Notes: generated from the letters alone by a model not told the origin. Counted from the stretch's first letter, positions 33,713 to 45,774 are shown. The stretch: 64,000 nt of DNA from Candidatus Hydrogenedentota bacterium (GCA_963668025.2 CAXXTH010000017.1:1024001-1088000), one strand, 5' to 3'. Numbers and translations are program-made.

Positions 33713-34255
33713 TTGAGTACCATGCAAAGTAAACGCGAAGGACGGGGCGAAGGCGCCCCCCGCGAGCGTGATTCCGAAGAATCGGGCCTCATTGAACAGG
33801 TCGTAAAGATCTACCGCGTGGCGAAGGTCGTTAAAGGTGGTCGTAATTTCCGCTTTAGCGCCGTGGTCGTGGTGGGCGATGGCAAAGGCCATGTGGGCGC
33901 CGCTAAAGGCAAAGCCCGCGAAGTGCCCGAAGCCATCCGGAAAGCCATTGAACGCGCCAAACGCAACATGCACACGGTTCCGATTGTCCATACGACCGTG
34001 CCTCATGATGTTCTAGGCCGGGCGGATGCGGCGAGCGTGATGCTTAAACCGGCCTCGCTGGGTACAGGTGTCATCGCGGGCGGGCCGGTGCGCGCCGTCT
34101 TGGAGGCGGCTGGATATAAGAATATCCTGAGCAAATCCTTGGGTTCAAACAATGCCACTAACGTGGTATGGGCGACCATCGATGCGTTAGGCCAGTTGCA
34201 GACTTCGGGAGCCGTAGCGGTACGCCGGGGGCTGGCAGAGGAAGCGGTGCTTTAA
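33713..34255 (+). CDS. rpsE: 30S ribosomal protein S5
   Basis: [22 protein letters not shown]. Confidence 0.98.
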   Translation: MSTMQSKREGRGEGAPRERDSEESGLIEQVVKIYRVAKVVKGGRNFRFSAVVVVGDGKGHVGAAKGKAREVPEAIRKAIERAKRNMHTVPIVHTTVPHDVLGRADAASVMLKPASLGTGVIAGGPVRAVLEAAGYKNILSKSLGSNNATNVVWATIDALGQLQTSGAVAVRRGLAEEAVL

Positions 34256-34342
34256 GCCGCCTAATTGGCTGGTTTAAGGGCATTATGTTGAGTTAATATG
34301 AGTTCATTTGGGTTCTTATAGTTACGCAAAAAGGGATGAGTT

Positions 34343-34816
34343 ATGGATTTGAACACGCTCAGCAACGCGACCTGCGCTCGCAAGTCACGCAAGCGCGTCG
34401 GACGCGGCCCTGGCTCCGGCACCGGAAAGACCAGTGGGCGAGGACATAAAGGGCAGAAGGCCCGTTCAGGTTATTCGCGCAGGGGTGGTTTCGAAGGCGG
34501 GCAGATGCCCTTGAACCGGCGCTTGCCCAAACGGGGTTTCAATCACGATGACCGCTTCGCCATGTTTGTGGTGAATTTGGATGTGCTGGACAAGTTTTTT
34601 GCGGATGGCACGGAGGTGACCCCGTTAGCGCTTGTGGCGGCGGGTTTGGCCAAGGAAACCAAAGGCGGTGTCAAGATTTTAGGGCGCGGCGAACTGACGA
34701 AGAAGCTGGCCATACAGGCCCATGCCGTCAGTGATGGCGCTCGGGCGAAGATAGAAGCGGCGGGAGGCTCTGTCACGCTTGTCGCAGTATTAGCCCCGGC
34801 TGTCAATGAAGCTTAG
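34343..34816 (+). CDS. rplO: 50S ribosomal protein L15
   Basis: GRGHKGQKARSG, FEGGQMPL.RRLPKRGF. Confidence 0.99.
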   Translation: MDLNTLSNATCARKSRKRVGRGPGSGTGKTSGRGHKGQKARSGYSRRGGFEGGQMPLNRRLPKRGFNHDDRFAMFVVNLDVLDKFFADGTEVTPLALVAAGLAKETKGGVKILGRGELTKKLAIQAHAVSDGARAKIEAAGGSVTLVAVLAPAVNEA

Positions 34817-34829
34817 GAAGGAGTGAGCG

Positions 34830-36170
<1,341 letters not shown>

Positions 36171-36183
36171 TTGAAAGGATGAT

Positions 36184-36858
36184 ATGGGTTTGCGAATTGT
36201 GATGTTAGGTGCGCCTGGCGCCGGTAAAGGCACTCAGGCGGAGACCATAGCCGCTAACTATGGGCTGCCCCATATCTCGACAGGCGATATTTTTCGTAAA
36301 CACTTAAAAGAAGGCACGGACCTCGGCAAGCAAGTGCAAGGGTATTTGAATTCGGGCGCTTTGGTGCCGGATGACTTAACCTGCTCTATCGTCGCCGACC
36401 GGCTTACCCAAGCGGACTGCGCCGCGGGATATATTTTAGATGGGTTTCCCCGCTCCCAAGTGCAAGCGGAGGCGTTGACAAGCCTGTTGGATAAAAAAGG
36501 CGAACAAATTACATTGGCGATTGATGTCGATGTGCCCGATGCGGAAATTATCGTTCGACTGAGCGCGCGCAGGTCGTGTGCAGTGTGTGGGGCCATCTAT
36601 AACTTAAAATTCAAGGCTCCCAAGGGCGAAGCAGGAAAATGTGACCGGCCTGGATGCGCGGGCGATTTGATACAGCGGGAAGACGACAAGCCCGATACGA
36701 TTTGCCAGCGGTTGAATGTATATCATGAGACGACGGAGCCGATCATCGCCTACTATAAGGAAAAAGGTTTATTACATTCGGTTCCCGCTTCGGGGTTAAC
36801 GCCTGATCAAGTATATGGTGAAATCGAGACTATCCTGAAGGCCTCGAAGACGGTTTAA
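36184..36858 (+). CDS. adk: Adenylate kinase
   Basis: GAPGAGKGTQA, LDGFPR, Cys-rich LID. Confidence 0.99.
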   Translation: MGLRIVMLGAPGAGKGTQAETIAANYGLPHISTGDIFRKHLKEGTDLGKQVQGYLNSGALVPDDLTCSIVADRLTQADCAAGYILDGFPRSQVQAEALTSLLDKKGEQITLAIDVDVPDAEIIVRLSARRSCAVCGAIYNLKFKAPKGEAGKCDRPGCAGDLIQREDDKPDTICQRLNVYHETTEPIIAYYKEKGLLHSVPASGLTPDQVYGEIETILKASKTV

Positions 36859-36863
36859 AAGCA

Positions 36864-37640
36864 TTGATTGCAATACGTTCGGAAAAAGAAATTGGCTTTC
36901 TTCGGGAAGCGAATCATTTAGTGGCCGATATATTGGCGGCCATGGCGGAAATGGTGGAGCCGGGCATCACCACGGCTGATTTGGAAGCAGTCGCGGCGAA
37001 CATGATTCGGCTGGCTGGCGCGGAGCCGGTATTTTTAGGATATCATGGGTATCCGGCGTGTACGTGCATATCCGTGGATGAAGTGATCGTACATGGGATA
37101 CCCGGCCGCCAACGCCTGAAAGCGGGCCAGATAGTCAGTATGGATGTCGGAGTCCGGTGGAAGGGATATGTAGGCGACGCGGCGTTGAGCGTGCCATGCG
37201 GCGAGGTGGATGATACGCGCCGCCGCTTGATGGACGTAACGGAGCGCGCGTTAGCGCGGGGAATAGCCGCCGCATGCGCCGGGAATCACTTGCGGGATAT
37301 ATCCCGGGCGGTGCAACAGACTTGTGAAGCGGCGGGATTCTCGGTTGTGCGCTCTTTTGTAGGGCATGGCGTGGGCGTCCGGATGCATGAAGAGCCGCAG
37401 ATCCCGAATTTCGATACCGGTGAGCGCGGGCCTCTTTTGCGGGAAGGCATGGTGCTTGCGATTGAGCCCATGGTGAATGCGGGCGTCTACGACGTAAAGA
37501 TATTGCCTGATGGCTGGACGGCGGTTACGGCGGATAAAAAGCCGAGTGCGCATTTTGAACACAGTGTGGTCGTGCGGAATCGGGCGGCGGAAGTGCTTTC
37601 GACAACTCCGCGGCGCGTGTGGGGCATGGGTGCCGTTTAA
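36864..37640 (+). CDS. map: Methionine aminopeptidase type I
   Basis: VHGIP, GHGVG..MHEEP, AIEPMVN, SAHFEH. Confidence 0.98.
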   Translation: MIAIRSEKEIGFLREANHLVADILAAMAEMVEPGITTADLEAVAANMIRLAGAEPVFLGYHGYPACTCISVDEVIVHGIPGRQRLKAGQIVSMDVGVRWKGYVGDAALSVPCGEVDDTRRRLMDVTERALARGIAAACAGNHLRDISRAVQQTCEAAGFSVVRSFVGHGVGVRMHEEPQIPNFDTGERGPLLREGMVLAIEPMVNAGVYDVKILPDGWTAVTADKKPSAHFEHSVVVRNRAAEVLSTTPRRVWGMGAV

Positions 37641-37697
37641 CTGGCAAGTAGCCGTCGCATGAGCTAGGCGCTTGTTCGGCTAAGGACGCAAATACGA

Positions 37698-37922
37698 ATG
37701 GGAATGCAAAAGGAAGAAGCAATCGAGGTGGAAGGCACGGTCGTAGAGCCGTTGCCGAATGCCATGTTCCGAGTCAAGCTGGACAGTGGCCATATGGTGT
37801 TAGCCCATGTATCGGGGAAGATGCGGATGAATTTTATTCGGATTTTGCCGGGTGATCGGGTCAGGCTCGCGATGTCGCCTTATGATTTGACTCGAGGGCG
37901 CATCACGTATCGATATAAGTGA
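37698..37922 (+). CDS. infA: Translation initiation factor IF-1
   Basis: [18 protein letters not shown]. Confidence 0.99.
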   Translation: MGMQKEEAIEVEGTVVEPLPNAMFRVKLDSGHMVLAHVSGKMRMNFIRILPGDRVRLAMSPYDLTRGRITYRYK

Positions 37923-38027
37923 AGTGGCGCGCACGCCGCTGCATAGGCGGAGCTCGCGGAGAGGCAGAGATAAGGCCCATCGGAAGCGCTTGAGGGCGAT
38001 ACGGCTGGAGCCGCTTGGAGTTAGGCA

Positions 38028-38141
38028 ATGAAAGTACGCAGTTCGGTAAAGAAGATTTGCGAGAAGTGCAAGATTATCCGGCGGCACGGCAGCGTGCGGG
38101 TGATCTGCGAGAATCCCCGGCACAAGCAGCGCCAGGGATAG
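38028..38141 (+). CDS. rpmJ: 50S ribosomal protein L36 (below the ORF-track length cutoff)
   Basis: Hand translation [37 protein letters not shown]. Confidence 0.97.
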   Translation: MKVRSSVKKICEKCKIIRRHGSVRVICENPRHKQRQG

Positions 38142-38206
38142 GTGATACCGGCTGGGCGGAGCATTTAGCTCCGAAACACTAGCAGGCAACGTGGAGAACG
38201 AAGCGC

Positions 38207-38572
38207 ATGGCACGTGTAGTTGGTGTGGATCTCCCCCGCGATAAGCGGGTGGAAGTGGCCCTAACGTACATTTATGGCATTGGCCCAAACAGATCGAGGG
38301 AGATCCTTCGAGAGACGGCGGTGAGCCCAGACACTCGAGTCCGTGATTTAACGGACGAAGAGGTGAGCAAGATCACTGGCGTAGTGACGAATAATTATAA
38401 GACGGAGGGTGACCTCCGGCGCGAGGTGGCCGCGAATATTAAGCGGCTCATGGACATCAACTGCTATCGCGGGTTGCGGCATAAACGCGGCCTTCCAGTG
38501 CGGGGACAGCGGACGCATACTAATGCGCGCACCCGTAAGGGACCGCGTGGCGCGACGATCAAGAAGAAATAA
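38207..38572 (+). CDS. rpsM: 30S ribosomal protein S13
   Basis: [26 protein letters not shown]. Confidence 0.99.
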   Translation: MARVVGVDLPRDKRVEVALTYIYGIGPNRSREILRETAVSPDTRVRDLTDEEVSKITGVVTNNYKTEGDLRREVAANIKRLMDINCYRGLRHKRGLPVRGQRTHTNARTRKGPRGATIKKK

Positions 38573-38589
38573 CGAGGAGGATCCGGTCA

Positions 38590-38988
38590 TTGGCCAAGGA
38601 GAAGCGCAAAGGTAAAGCGAAGAAGCGTCGCACCACGCTCAGCGTTACCTCCGGCGTCGCCCATATTCAGGCGACCTTTAATAACACGATCGTATCGATC
38701 ACGGACGCCCAAGGCAATGTAGTGGCGTGGTCGAGCGCAGGCCAGGTGGGTTTCATAGGCTCTCGAAAGAGCACGGCCTTTGCGGCGCAGGTTGCCGCAG
38801 AAGCAGCAGCCCAAAAGGCCAAGGAAGTTGGGCTTAAAGATGTACGCGTCCACGTGAACGGTCCGGGAGCGGGCCGTGAGTCCGCCATTCGCGCGATTCA
38901 AGCGGCTGGATTGGACATCACCTTAATTCGAGACGTAACGGCGATCCCGCATAATGGATGCCGTCCGCCGAAGCGCCGGCGTGTATGA
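38590..38988 (+). CDS. rpsK: 30S ribosomal protein S11
   Basis: [20 protein letters not shown]. Confidence 0.99.
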   Translation: MAKEKRKGKAKKRRTTLSVTSGVAHIQATFNNTIVSITDAQGNVVAWSSAGQVGFIGSRKSTAFAAQVAAEAAAQKAKEVGLKDVRVHVNGPGAGRESAIRAIQAAGLDITLIRDVTAIPHNGCRPPKRRRV

Positions 38989-39093
38989 GAGCATAAGGCG
39001 GCCTAAGGGCCGTGGCGGTGACTCCATGAGAATCAAGCGCCTAAGAATTGAAAACGGGCGGTTATTGAGCCCTACTGCCGGAGGCGAGAAGGC

Positions 39094-40149
39094 ATGATAT
39101 CGAAGGAATTTGTGATCCCAAAGACGGTCAAAGTCGAGGACGGTGCGACGGACCGGTATGCGCGTTTTGTCGTAGAGCCGTTTGAGCGCGGTTATGGCAC
39201 TACCGTAGGCAATTCATTGCGGCGGGTGCTGCTGGCTTCGTTGCAGGGCTCCGCAGTGACGGCTATCCGCATCGAGGGGGTTCAGCACGAATTCTCCGCG
39301 ATTCCTGGCGTGCAAGAAGATGTGACGGACATCGTACTAAACTTTAAAAAATGCCAGATAAAGTTAAACCGTGAAGAGTCCGTTATTTTCACCTTTAAGA
39401 CAAAGGCGGATGGAGCGGTGACCGCAGGCGATATTTTTAGAGAACACGATGTGGAAGTGTTTAATCCCGAGTTGCTTATATTCACATGCACGGCGCCAGG
39501 GACCGAGGTCGAGATGGAGATCAAGGTCGCGCGAGGGCGGGGATATGTCACGGCGGATCAGTTCGAGCTCGAGCACGCTCCGATTGGAACGATATATTTA
39601 GATGCGAGTTTTTCGCCCGTCACCAAGGTGAATTTCTTGGTGGAGGATGCTCGAGTGGGCCAGCAGACCGACTATGACCGTTTGCTGCTGGATGTGTGGA
39701 CGAATGGGTCCATTTCGCCGGAAAAAGCAGTGGAGAGTGCAGCCAACTTGCTGATCGATCATCTGCGGATACTGGCGACGCAGACCAGGGAAGATGAAAT
39801 CAATTATGCCGATGGCATGCCGGAAGACCCGGAATTGACGAGGAAAATGTCGAGGCCGGTGGAAGAACTGGAATTGAGCGTACGTGCGGCCAATTGCCTT
39901 AAATCCGCTAACATCAAGACGATAGGCGATTTGGTCACACGAAGCGAACCGGAGATGCTTCAGTTCCATAATTTCGGCAAGAAATCGCTTGATGAGATTA
40001 AGGTGATTCTCGAAACGCTAGGCCTTTCGCTGGGCATGAACCGCGACAAGTCCAAAGATGCGTTTATGGCGGCGTCGCAAGAAAGCAATCCAACGCCGAT
40101 GGATGATTCCGCCGAAGAGATAGACGACGAAGAAGACATAGAAGAGTAA
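39094..40149 (+). CDS. rpoA: RNA polymerase alpha subunit
   Basis: EPFERGYGTTVGNSLRRVLL, LELSVRAANCL. Confidence 0.99.
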   Translation: MISKEFVIPKTVKVEDGATDRYARFVVEPFERGYGTTVGNSLRRVLLASLQGSAVTAIRIEGVQHEFSAIPGVQEDVTDIVLNFKKCQIKLNREESVIFTFKTKADGAVTAGDIFREHDVEVFNPELLIFTCTAPGTEVEMEIKVARGRGYVTADQFELEHAPIGTIYLDASFSPVTKVNFLVEDARVGQQTDYDRLLLDVWTNGSISPEKAVESAANLLIDHLRILATQTREDEINYADGMPEDPELTRKMSRPVEELELSVRAANCLKSANIKTIGDLVTRSEPEMLQFHNFGKKSLDEIKVILETLGLSLGMNRDKSKDAFMAASQESNPTPMDDSAEEIDDEEDIEE

Positions 40150-40173
40150 CAACGAGGATAGAGGTAAGAATCC

Positions 40174-40548
40174 ATGAGGCATCGTAATGCAGGCCGCCGC
40201 TTAGGGCGGACCACGTCTCATCGCAAGGCTACCATGAAGAATCTGGCGCTGGCCTTGTTCACCCATAACGCCATCGAAACGACGGTGGCGAAATCCAAAG
40301 AGCTGAAGATATTCGCGGAGCCCCTGATTACTTTGGCGAAGACGGATTCCGTGGCCAATCGCCGGAGGGCCTTTGCAGCGCTTCGTAGCGACAGTGTGGT
40401 TAAGAAGCTGTTCACGGAAATCGCGCCTTCGTTTGCCACGCGTCCGGGTGGGTATACCCGTATGCTGCGAACGGGCGTCCGGCTGGGAGACGCCTCACAG
40501 ATGGCGCGTCTGGAACTGGTCGGCATGGGAGAGCATTCGCAAGACTGA
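40174..40548 (+). CDS. rplQ: 50S ribosomal protein L17
   Basis: MRHR...LGR, RPGGYTR. Confidence 0.99.
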   Translation: MRHRNAGRRLGRTTSHRKATMKNLALALFTHNAIETTVAKSKELKIFAEPLITLAKTDSVANRRRAFAALRSDSVVKKLFTEIAPSFATRPGGYTRMLRTGVRLGDASQMARLELVGMGEHSQD

Positions 40549-40591
40549 GTGTAGATTCAGTTTTTGGCGCTGCTTATATTCACGAATCATT

Positions 40592-40635
40592 CATGCGGGA
40601 GAATCCCCTCGAAGGGCTTCTCTCGCATGTGTTTT
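40592..40635 (+). terminator. Intrinsic terminator after rplQ
   Basis: CATGCGGGAGAA...TTCTCTCGCATG stem followed by TGTTTT. Confidence 0.65.
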
Positions 40636-40647
40636 ATGGGAAGCATG

Positions 40648-40673
40648 AAAAAAGGGCCCGCGAGCGAGCCCTT
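40648..40673 (-). terminator. Intrinsic terminator of the minus-strand dehydrogenase pair
   Basis: AAAAAAGGGCCCGC-ga-GCGAGCCCTT; U tract on the minus strand. Confidence 0.6.
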
Positions 40674-40695
40674 GCGCGTGGACAGGGAGTACGCC

Positions 40696-41505
40696 TCAGT
40701 GCATTTCCTGGCCGCCGGTGACGTTGATGGCTTGGCCGGTCATGTAGCTGGCGGCGTCGGAAGCGAGAAACACGACCACATTGGTGACATCGCGCAATTC
40801 GCAAGGCCGCTTCATGGGGACCTGGTTAATGTATTTCTGCCGTACTTCTTCCTCGGTGATTCCTTGATTACGGGCATACTGCTTGAGCAGGCTATTTGGC
40901 CCTTGGGTCCAGAGGGTGGAATTGAGCAGATTGCCCGGGCATACCGCATTGACGCGAACACCGCGTTCGGCGAATTCGAGCGCTAGGCTTTGGGTGACGC
41001 CGATGCCGCCAAATTTTGACGCCGCATAGGCGCTGTTGCGGAAGCTGCCCTTTTTGCCGGATTTCGAGTTGATCTCGATGATGGAGCCGCCGCCGGACGC
41101 CAGCATGGCGCGGGCGGCTTCCCGAGCGCAAATGAAATAACCCACGAGATTGACATCAATCACTTTGCGCCATTTCGCCACATCGAACTCCAACGAGTCG
41201 CCGGAGAAAAGAATGCCGGCGTTGGCGACGAAGATATCAAGGCCGCCGAGCCATTTCACGGATTCTTCGACGCCTTGGCGGACGGCGTCCGCATCCGTCA
41301 CATCGACTTTCCGGGCGAGGAGGCGCTGGCCGGTTTGGGTGGAAACGGATTGTGCGGTATTTTCCATGGCTTCGAGATTGATATCCCAGCCGACGATGTC
41401 ACAGCCTTCTTCCGCAAGATGGGAAACGATGGCTTGGCCCAGGCCTTGGGCTCCGCCGGTGACGATGGCTTTCTTACCTTTTAAAATGCTCATAATTAAC
41501 TCCAC
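40696..41505 (-). CDS. SDR, sorbitol-6-phosphate dehydrogenase-like (SrlD/SorD)
   Basis: TGGAQGLG, NSKSGKKGS..NSAYAASKFG, CPGNLL.S. Confidence 0.85.
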   Translation of the reverse strand: MELIMSILKGKKAIVTGGAQGLGQAIVSHLAEEGCDIVGWDINLEAMENTAQSVSTQTGQRLLARKVDVTDADAVRQGVEESVKWLGGLDIFVANAGILFSGDSLEFDVAKWRKVIDVNLVGYFICAREAARAMLASGGGSIIEINSKSGKKGSFRNSAYAASKFGGIGVTQSLALEFAERGVRVNAVCPGNLLNSTLWTQGPNSLLKQYARNQGITEEEVRQKYINQVPMKRPCELRDVTNVVVFLASDAASYMTGQAINVTGGQEMH

Positions 41506-41614
41506 GCAATAGATTGGTTTCGATTAAGGATTCTGCAAGAAGACGGCGGCTTGTCTGAAGCCGCCGCCTTGTGTGGATTTTGTCCAAGAAGCTGTTCGCG
41601 AGTCTAGCAGCTTC

Positions 41615-43228
41615 TTACAGATTCATGGAGATCAAGGCTTCTTCCGCTTTTTTGGTCCAAGCGCCAGCTTCGCCGAGCAGGTCTTTGAGTTCGGGAAGGC
41701 GTTCGGGGACTTCCTCGAGGGCCATCAACGGCAGATCGGGGATTTGCGGATAGATGACCGTTTTACCAGGGAAGCGGGCATTCTTTACGCCTTCCAGGCC
41801 TTCGCGAGCGGCGTTAAGGCCGCCGATGGCGGCGACGCTGAGGTCGGTGTTCAGATCACCGGCTTCGACCATCTCGAGGATACGGCGCAGATCGCTGATC
41901 CGTGAGCCGCTCGAACCGATAATTTTGACGCCGCGGCATAGATCGTCGAGTTCGATGGGGGCCGGGCTTCCGATAGGAATACCGGCAAAGGCGTTAAGGA
42001 GGGCGTTATCCGCCGCAAGGCTCACCGCAAAAGCGACGAGCGCCGGAACCGGGGCGAGGACGCAGACATCGTTATAGCCGTTGGGGGCGAGCTCGCGTAT
42101 GCGGGCATTCATCGCGTCTTGCGATTCGAATTCGGATGGGCTCAGTGTGAACAGCTCGATTCCTTTGCGTTTGGCCATCTCGCCGAAGCGGTTCACAATG
42201 TGGTCCAGGCGGGAGCGGTCGAGATCGGTGACGACGACGCGTTTGGAGCCGCAGGGGATCTCGATGGCGCGCTGGACGTGCATTTGGCCCATGGGGCCGC
42301 CCGCGCCGATGAAGATGGATGCGCCTTGAGGCATGAGGTCAATGCGGCTGTTTGCGTCCTTGATGGAAGCCACGTCGTCCGCGCCGCCGTAGAACCGGAT
42401 ATTCTCGTAGTGGATGCGGCCGATATCCAGAATAACGGGGCCGGACTCAACGGGCTTGCCTACGAGATACATGTTGCCGTTTTTGTCGAGGCGGTCTGCA
42501 AGCGCCGCCACTAGATCGGGAGTAGGCTCCGGCACGATGATATCGGTGTATTTCTCTTCGCCCAAGCCATCCAGGCTGCGGGAAATCACGGTGGCGTCCG
42601 GATGTTCGGAACACCATTTCGCGTCGAGATCATCGGTAATGATAAGCGTGCCGCCTTCGCCTGGCTCGAACCGGTCCTGGAGGTTATACGACATTTCCAC
42701 GCAAGCCCAAGGTTCGGCGAGTGCGGATTGGCTGTAGCCGGTCTCATCTTTCACTGGGAGGAGGTAACAGCCCTCGTCGCCATCCAGCACCCGTTCATCC
42801 ACATAGCAAAATTGTTCAAGGCCGCCTGGAATAAGGTAGCCGAAGGCGAAACCTATGCCGTTGACATAGATGTCGGCCTGAATGATGAATCGTTGGCCGG
42901 GCGTGAATTTGTGCGCCCAGTTTTTGCCCACTTTCATGACAGTCGCGGAGCATTCATGGCCCAATACGGTGGGATCCGTGGCCAGGTCGCGCCCGCGAAG
43001 GCGGGGATGCTTGCTGCCTTGGTTAATGATTTTGATATCCGATAGGCACAAGCCCAGGGCATCCACGCGCAACAGCAATTCGTTGTCGCTGGGCTCGCGC
43101 AGTTCGAGGGTGACGGGTTTGCCGTCTTTGCCAATGTTTTCGAATCCCGCTCCGAAAATCTGCCATGCGTCATAAGACGCGGGCAGCGGAAGCTGGGCCT
43201 TGCGGTATTGTTCCATCTTGCCGTTCAC
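41615..43228 (-). CDS. Zn-dependent MDR dehydrogenase, L-sorbose-1-phosphate reductase (SorE)-like
   Basis: GLCLSD.K, GHE, ALAEPWACV, GAGGPMG. Confidence 0.8.
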   Translation of the reverse strand: MNGKMEQYRKAQLPLPASYDAWQIFGAGFENIGKDGKPVTLELREPSDNELLLRVDALGLCLSDIKIINQGSKHPRLRGRDLATDPTVLGHECSATVMKVGKNWAHKFTPGQRFIIQADIYVNGIGFAFGYLIPGGLEQFCYVDERVLDGDEGCYLLPVKDETGYSQSALAEPWACVEMSYNLQDRFEPGEGGTLIITDDLDAKWCSEHPDATVISRSLDGLGEEKYTDIIVPEPTPDLVAALADRLDKNGNMYLVGKPVESGPVILDIGRIHYENIRFYGGADDVASIKDANSRIDLMPQGASIFIGAGGPMGQMHVQRAIEIPCGSKRVVVTDLDRSRLDHIVNRFGEMAKRKGIELFTLSPSEFESQDAMNARIRELAPNGYNDVCVLAPVPALVAFAVSLAADNALLNAFAGIPIGSPAPIELDDLCRGVKIIGSSGSRISDLRRILEMVEAGDLNTDLSVAAIGGLNAAREGLEGVKNARFPGKTVIYPQIPDLPLMALEEVPERLPELKDLLGEAGAWTKKAEEALISMNL

Positions 43229-43564
43229 CGTGGGCTCCTTCCTGCTCCAGTTTTGAGGTGGTTTAGTATGTGTTTAGCTCCGAATGCTCAACATTATTCG
43301 GGGCGATGCTTGTTTCTGTCATATACTGGCTACTATTCACATAAAGTAAAAAGCGGCGTATCTGTAGCGGTAATTTTTGCCTGCTCATTCCTCGGCGGCA
43401 TCCATCCGGTTCTATTTTATACAATATTCCGCATAGGCTCCAAGCCGACAATTACTCTAGTGTAGCATGCCCAGGGATTCTAGCCAAATTGGCCCGCACC
43501 ATTTTTCTGAAATCGCCGAAATAGAAATGGGAAAGAGCACGATGAAATGCATAGCCAGCTTCTT

Positions 43565-43587
43565 GTAGCATGGGCGTCCCGGCCATG
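43565..43587 (+). repeat. REP singlet
   Basis: GTAGCATGGGCGTCCCGGCCATG. Confidence 0.85.
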
Positions 43588-43616
43588 TGCGTTTGTAACA
43601 CTTTAACCAATGTCTT

Positions 43617-43766
43617 TTTTTCACCACGGGGACACGGGGAGCCACGGGGAACGCATACCGCGCCCCATGGTGTTCAGCATTATGGTCGTTGTTTTTACCC
43701 AGAGAGTTAAGTTCTATTTCTGGGGGATTTATTTCATGAACGCCCTTCGTTCCCCGTGGTCAAAAA
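43617..43766. mobile_element. MITE-like element with CACGGGGA repeats and terminal inverted repeats
   Basis: TTTTTCACCACGGGGA-CACGGGGA-GC-CACGGGGA ... TCCCCGTGGTCAAAAA (15/16 inverted match). Confidence 0.6.
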
Positions 43767-43982
43767 GGCTTCTTTGAACAGGATTGCCACTACCTGCATG
43801 TTATTCCTAGTTCTCAAACGCTCATGAATTCTCCCGACAACTCGTTTTTCATAGATCGAACCTATGGGTTCATGATATGGTCCATCTGTTATTGCGCTCG
43901 GATATGAAGCTGCCGTTTATATGTGAAAGGCAGCCTCTTGCTTAAACGGGGCAGCCGCCCCATACTTAAGGAGAAGCGCCGT

Positions 43983-44312
43983 ATGTCCAGCCGTGTGCCT
44001 GAGTGTTTTGAGCAAGTCACTGCCGTGGTGAAGGCCAATCTTTTTTTTGAAGGAAAAGTGGCCAGCCACACGTTGTTGTTCCCGGATGGAACCAAGAAAA
44101 CGTTGGGCCTCATCTATCCGGGCGTGTATACCTTCAATACTGGCGCGCCTGAGCGCATGGAAATAACTTCCGGTTCCTCCAAAGCCAAGGTTGCTGGCGC
44201 ATCGGACTGGACGGGCTACAGTGCAGGCGCGGCGTTTGATGTGCCGGGCAATTCCTCTTTTGAGATTTCTGTTGAAGAAGGCGTCTTGGAGTATGTGTGC
44301 TCGTTTAGGTAG
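43983..44312 (+). CDS. ppnP: Pyrimidine/purine nucleoside phosphorylase (DUF1255)
   Basis: KAN.FFEGKV.S, KKTLG.I.PG.YTFNT.APE.M, YVC. Confidence 0.9.
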   Translation: MSSRVPECFEQVTAVVKANLFFEGKVASHTLLFPDGTKKTLGLIYPGVYTFNTGAPERMEITSGSSKAKVAGASDWTGYSAGAAFDVPGNSSFEISVEEGVLEYVCSFR

Positions 44313-44402
44313 GGGATAAGCGGACGCGCAGGAGATCAATCCTAAGTTTGCTGCGTTTTTTTAGCCTTGGACAAAATATCAATATAGGTGTGTATTTTAA
44401 TC

Positions 44403-45674
44403 ATGAAAGCTGAATATATTTCCTTATCTGTGTTTATAGTGGCGTATATCCTTTTTGTGGCGTTGCCAGAGCGGCGCAGTTTGACGGCAATCTGCGCCGC
44501 GCTATTGCTTGCATTGTCCCCGGTGCTCACATTTCGCGAGGCGTTGGGGGCGATCAATTGGAATGTGATGGGCATATTCGTAGGCACGCTTATCGCGGCG
44601 GATGTGTTTATTGAAAGCCGGTTTCCCGCCTTTTTCGCGGAGGCGATCATCAATCGTGCGAAAAGCGTGACGTGGGCTATCTTGTTCATCTGCGCGATGA
44701 CGGGATTCGTCTCGGCGTTTGTGGAGAATGTCGCTACAGTGCTGATCGTCGCGCCTATTGCGCTATCCTTGTCAAAGAAATTGAATATCAAGCCAGTGAA
44801 AGTGATGATCGCCATTGCGATCACGAGCAACTTGCAGGGGGCCGCCACGCTTATTGGCGATCCCCCTAGTATGCTGCTTGGCGGGTACGCCAAAATGACG
44901 TTCATGGATTTCTTCTTCTACCAAGGGAAGCCCAGCATCTTTTTTGCCGTGGAGCTTGGCGCAGTACTTTCGATGATCGTACTGTATTTTGTGTTCCGCA
45001 AGCATCATGAAAAACCGGTCTTCATTGGTGTTGAAACAGTGAAATCGTGGGTGCCCACGATCATGCTGGTGCTGCTGGTGGCGGCTCTGGCGTGCAGTTC
45101 GTTTTTCGACAAGGATTTCTCCATTCTGGCGGGCGTGTTGTGCATGGTGTTCGGCGTGGCGATGCTCATTTTCGAAACGCGGTTTAACCGAGGCCACATC
45201 GTTAGCAGTTTACGCAAACTCGACTGGGACACCACGTTTTTCTTGATGGGCATCTTCATTTTGGTCGAGAGCCTCACGTTAACGGGCTGGATTGATGCGG
45301 CGTCCACGTGGCTGTCGCATATGGTGGGCAGCAATGTATTGCTGGGATATGTGATTCTGGTGGTGTTCGCGGTGATGTTTTCGGCGGTTGTGGATAATGT
45401 GCCTTTTTTGGCGGCGTCGCTGCCGATTGCGCAATCCATGGCGGCGAAGATGGGCGTTCCGCCCTCGCTGCTGCTTTTTGGGCTGCTCATTGGGGCGAGT
45501 TTAGGGGGGAACATTACTCCCATAGGCGCATCCGCCAATATCGTGGCCTGCGGGCTTCTGCGGAAAGAGGGATATACGGTCTCGTTCCGGCAGTTTGGCG
45601 CGATATCGATACCGTTCACGCTGGCGGCAGTGATCCCGGCGTCTGTTTTTATTTGGTGGATATGGGCTCCGTGA
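44403..45674 (+). CDS. ArsB/NhaD/SLC13 (ion transporter superfamily) permease
   Basis: SAFVENV, TLIGDPP, SAVVDNVP, GGNITPIGASAN. Confidence 0.88.
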   Translation: MKAEYISLSVFIVAYILFVALPERRSLTAICAALLLALSPVLTFREALGAINWNVMGIFVGTLIAADVFIESRFPAFFAEAIINRAKSVTWAILFICAMTGFVSAFVENVATVLIVAPIALSLSKKLNIKPVKVMIAIAITSNLQGAATLIGDPPSMLLGGYAKMTFMDFFFYQGKPSIFFAVELGAVLSMIVLYFVFRKHHEKPVFIGVETVKSWVPTIMLVLLVAALACSSFFDKDFSILAGVLCMVFGVAMLIFETRFNRGHIVSSLRKLDWDTTFFLMGIFILVESLTLTGWIDAASTWLSHMVGSNVLLGYVILVVFAVMFSAVVDNVPFLAASLPIAQSMAAKMGVPPSLLLFGLLIGASLGGNITPIGASANIVACGLLRKEGYTVSFRQFGAISIPFTLAAVIPASVFIWWIWAP

Positions 45675-45703
45675 AGGGCTTAGTGTTTGCTTCGTAATCG
45701 AAC

Positions 45704-45774
45704 GTGGCATGGGCGTCTTCCCCATGGAGTGATGGCGTATCGCACTTGCTTCATGGGGGAGACGCCCATGCCGT
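45704..45774. repeat. REP doublet with ~25-bp spacer (REPIN)
   Basis: GTGGCATGGGCGTCTTCCCCATG ... CATGGGGGAGACGCCCATGCC. Confidence 0.85.
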
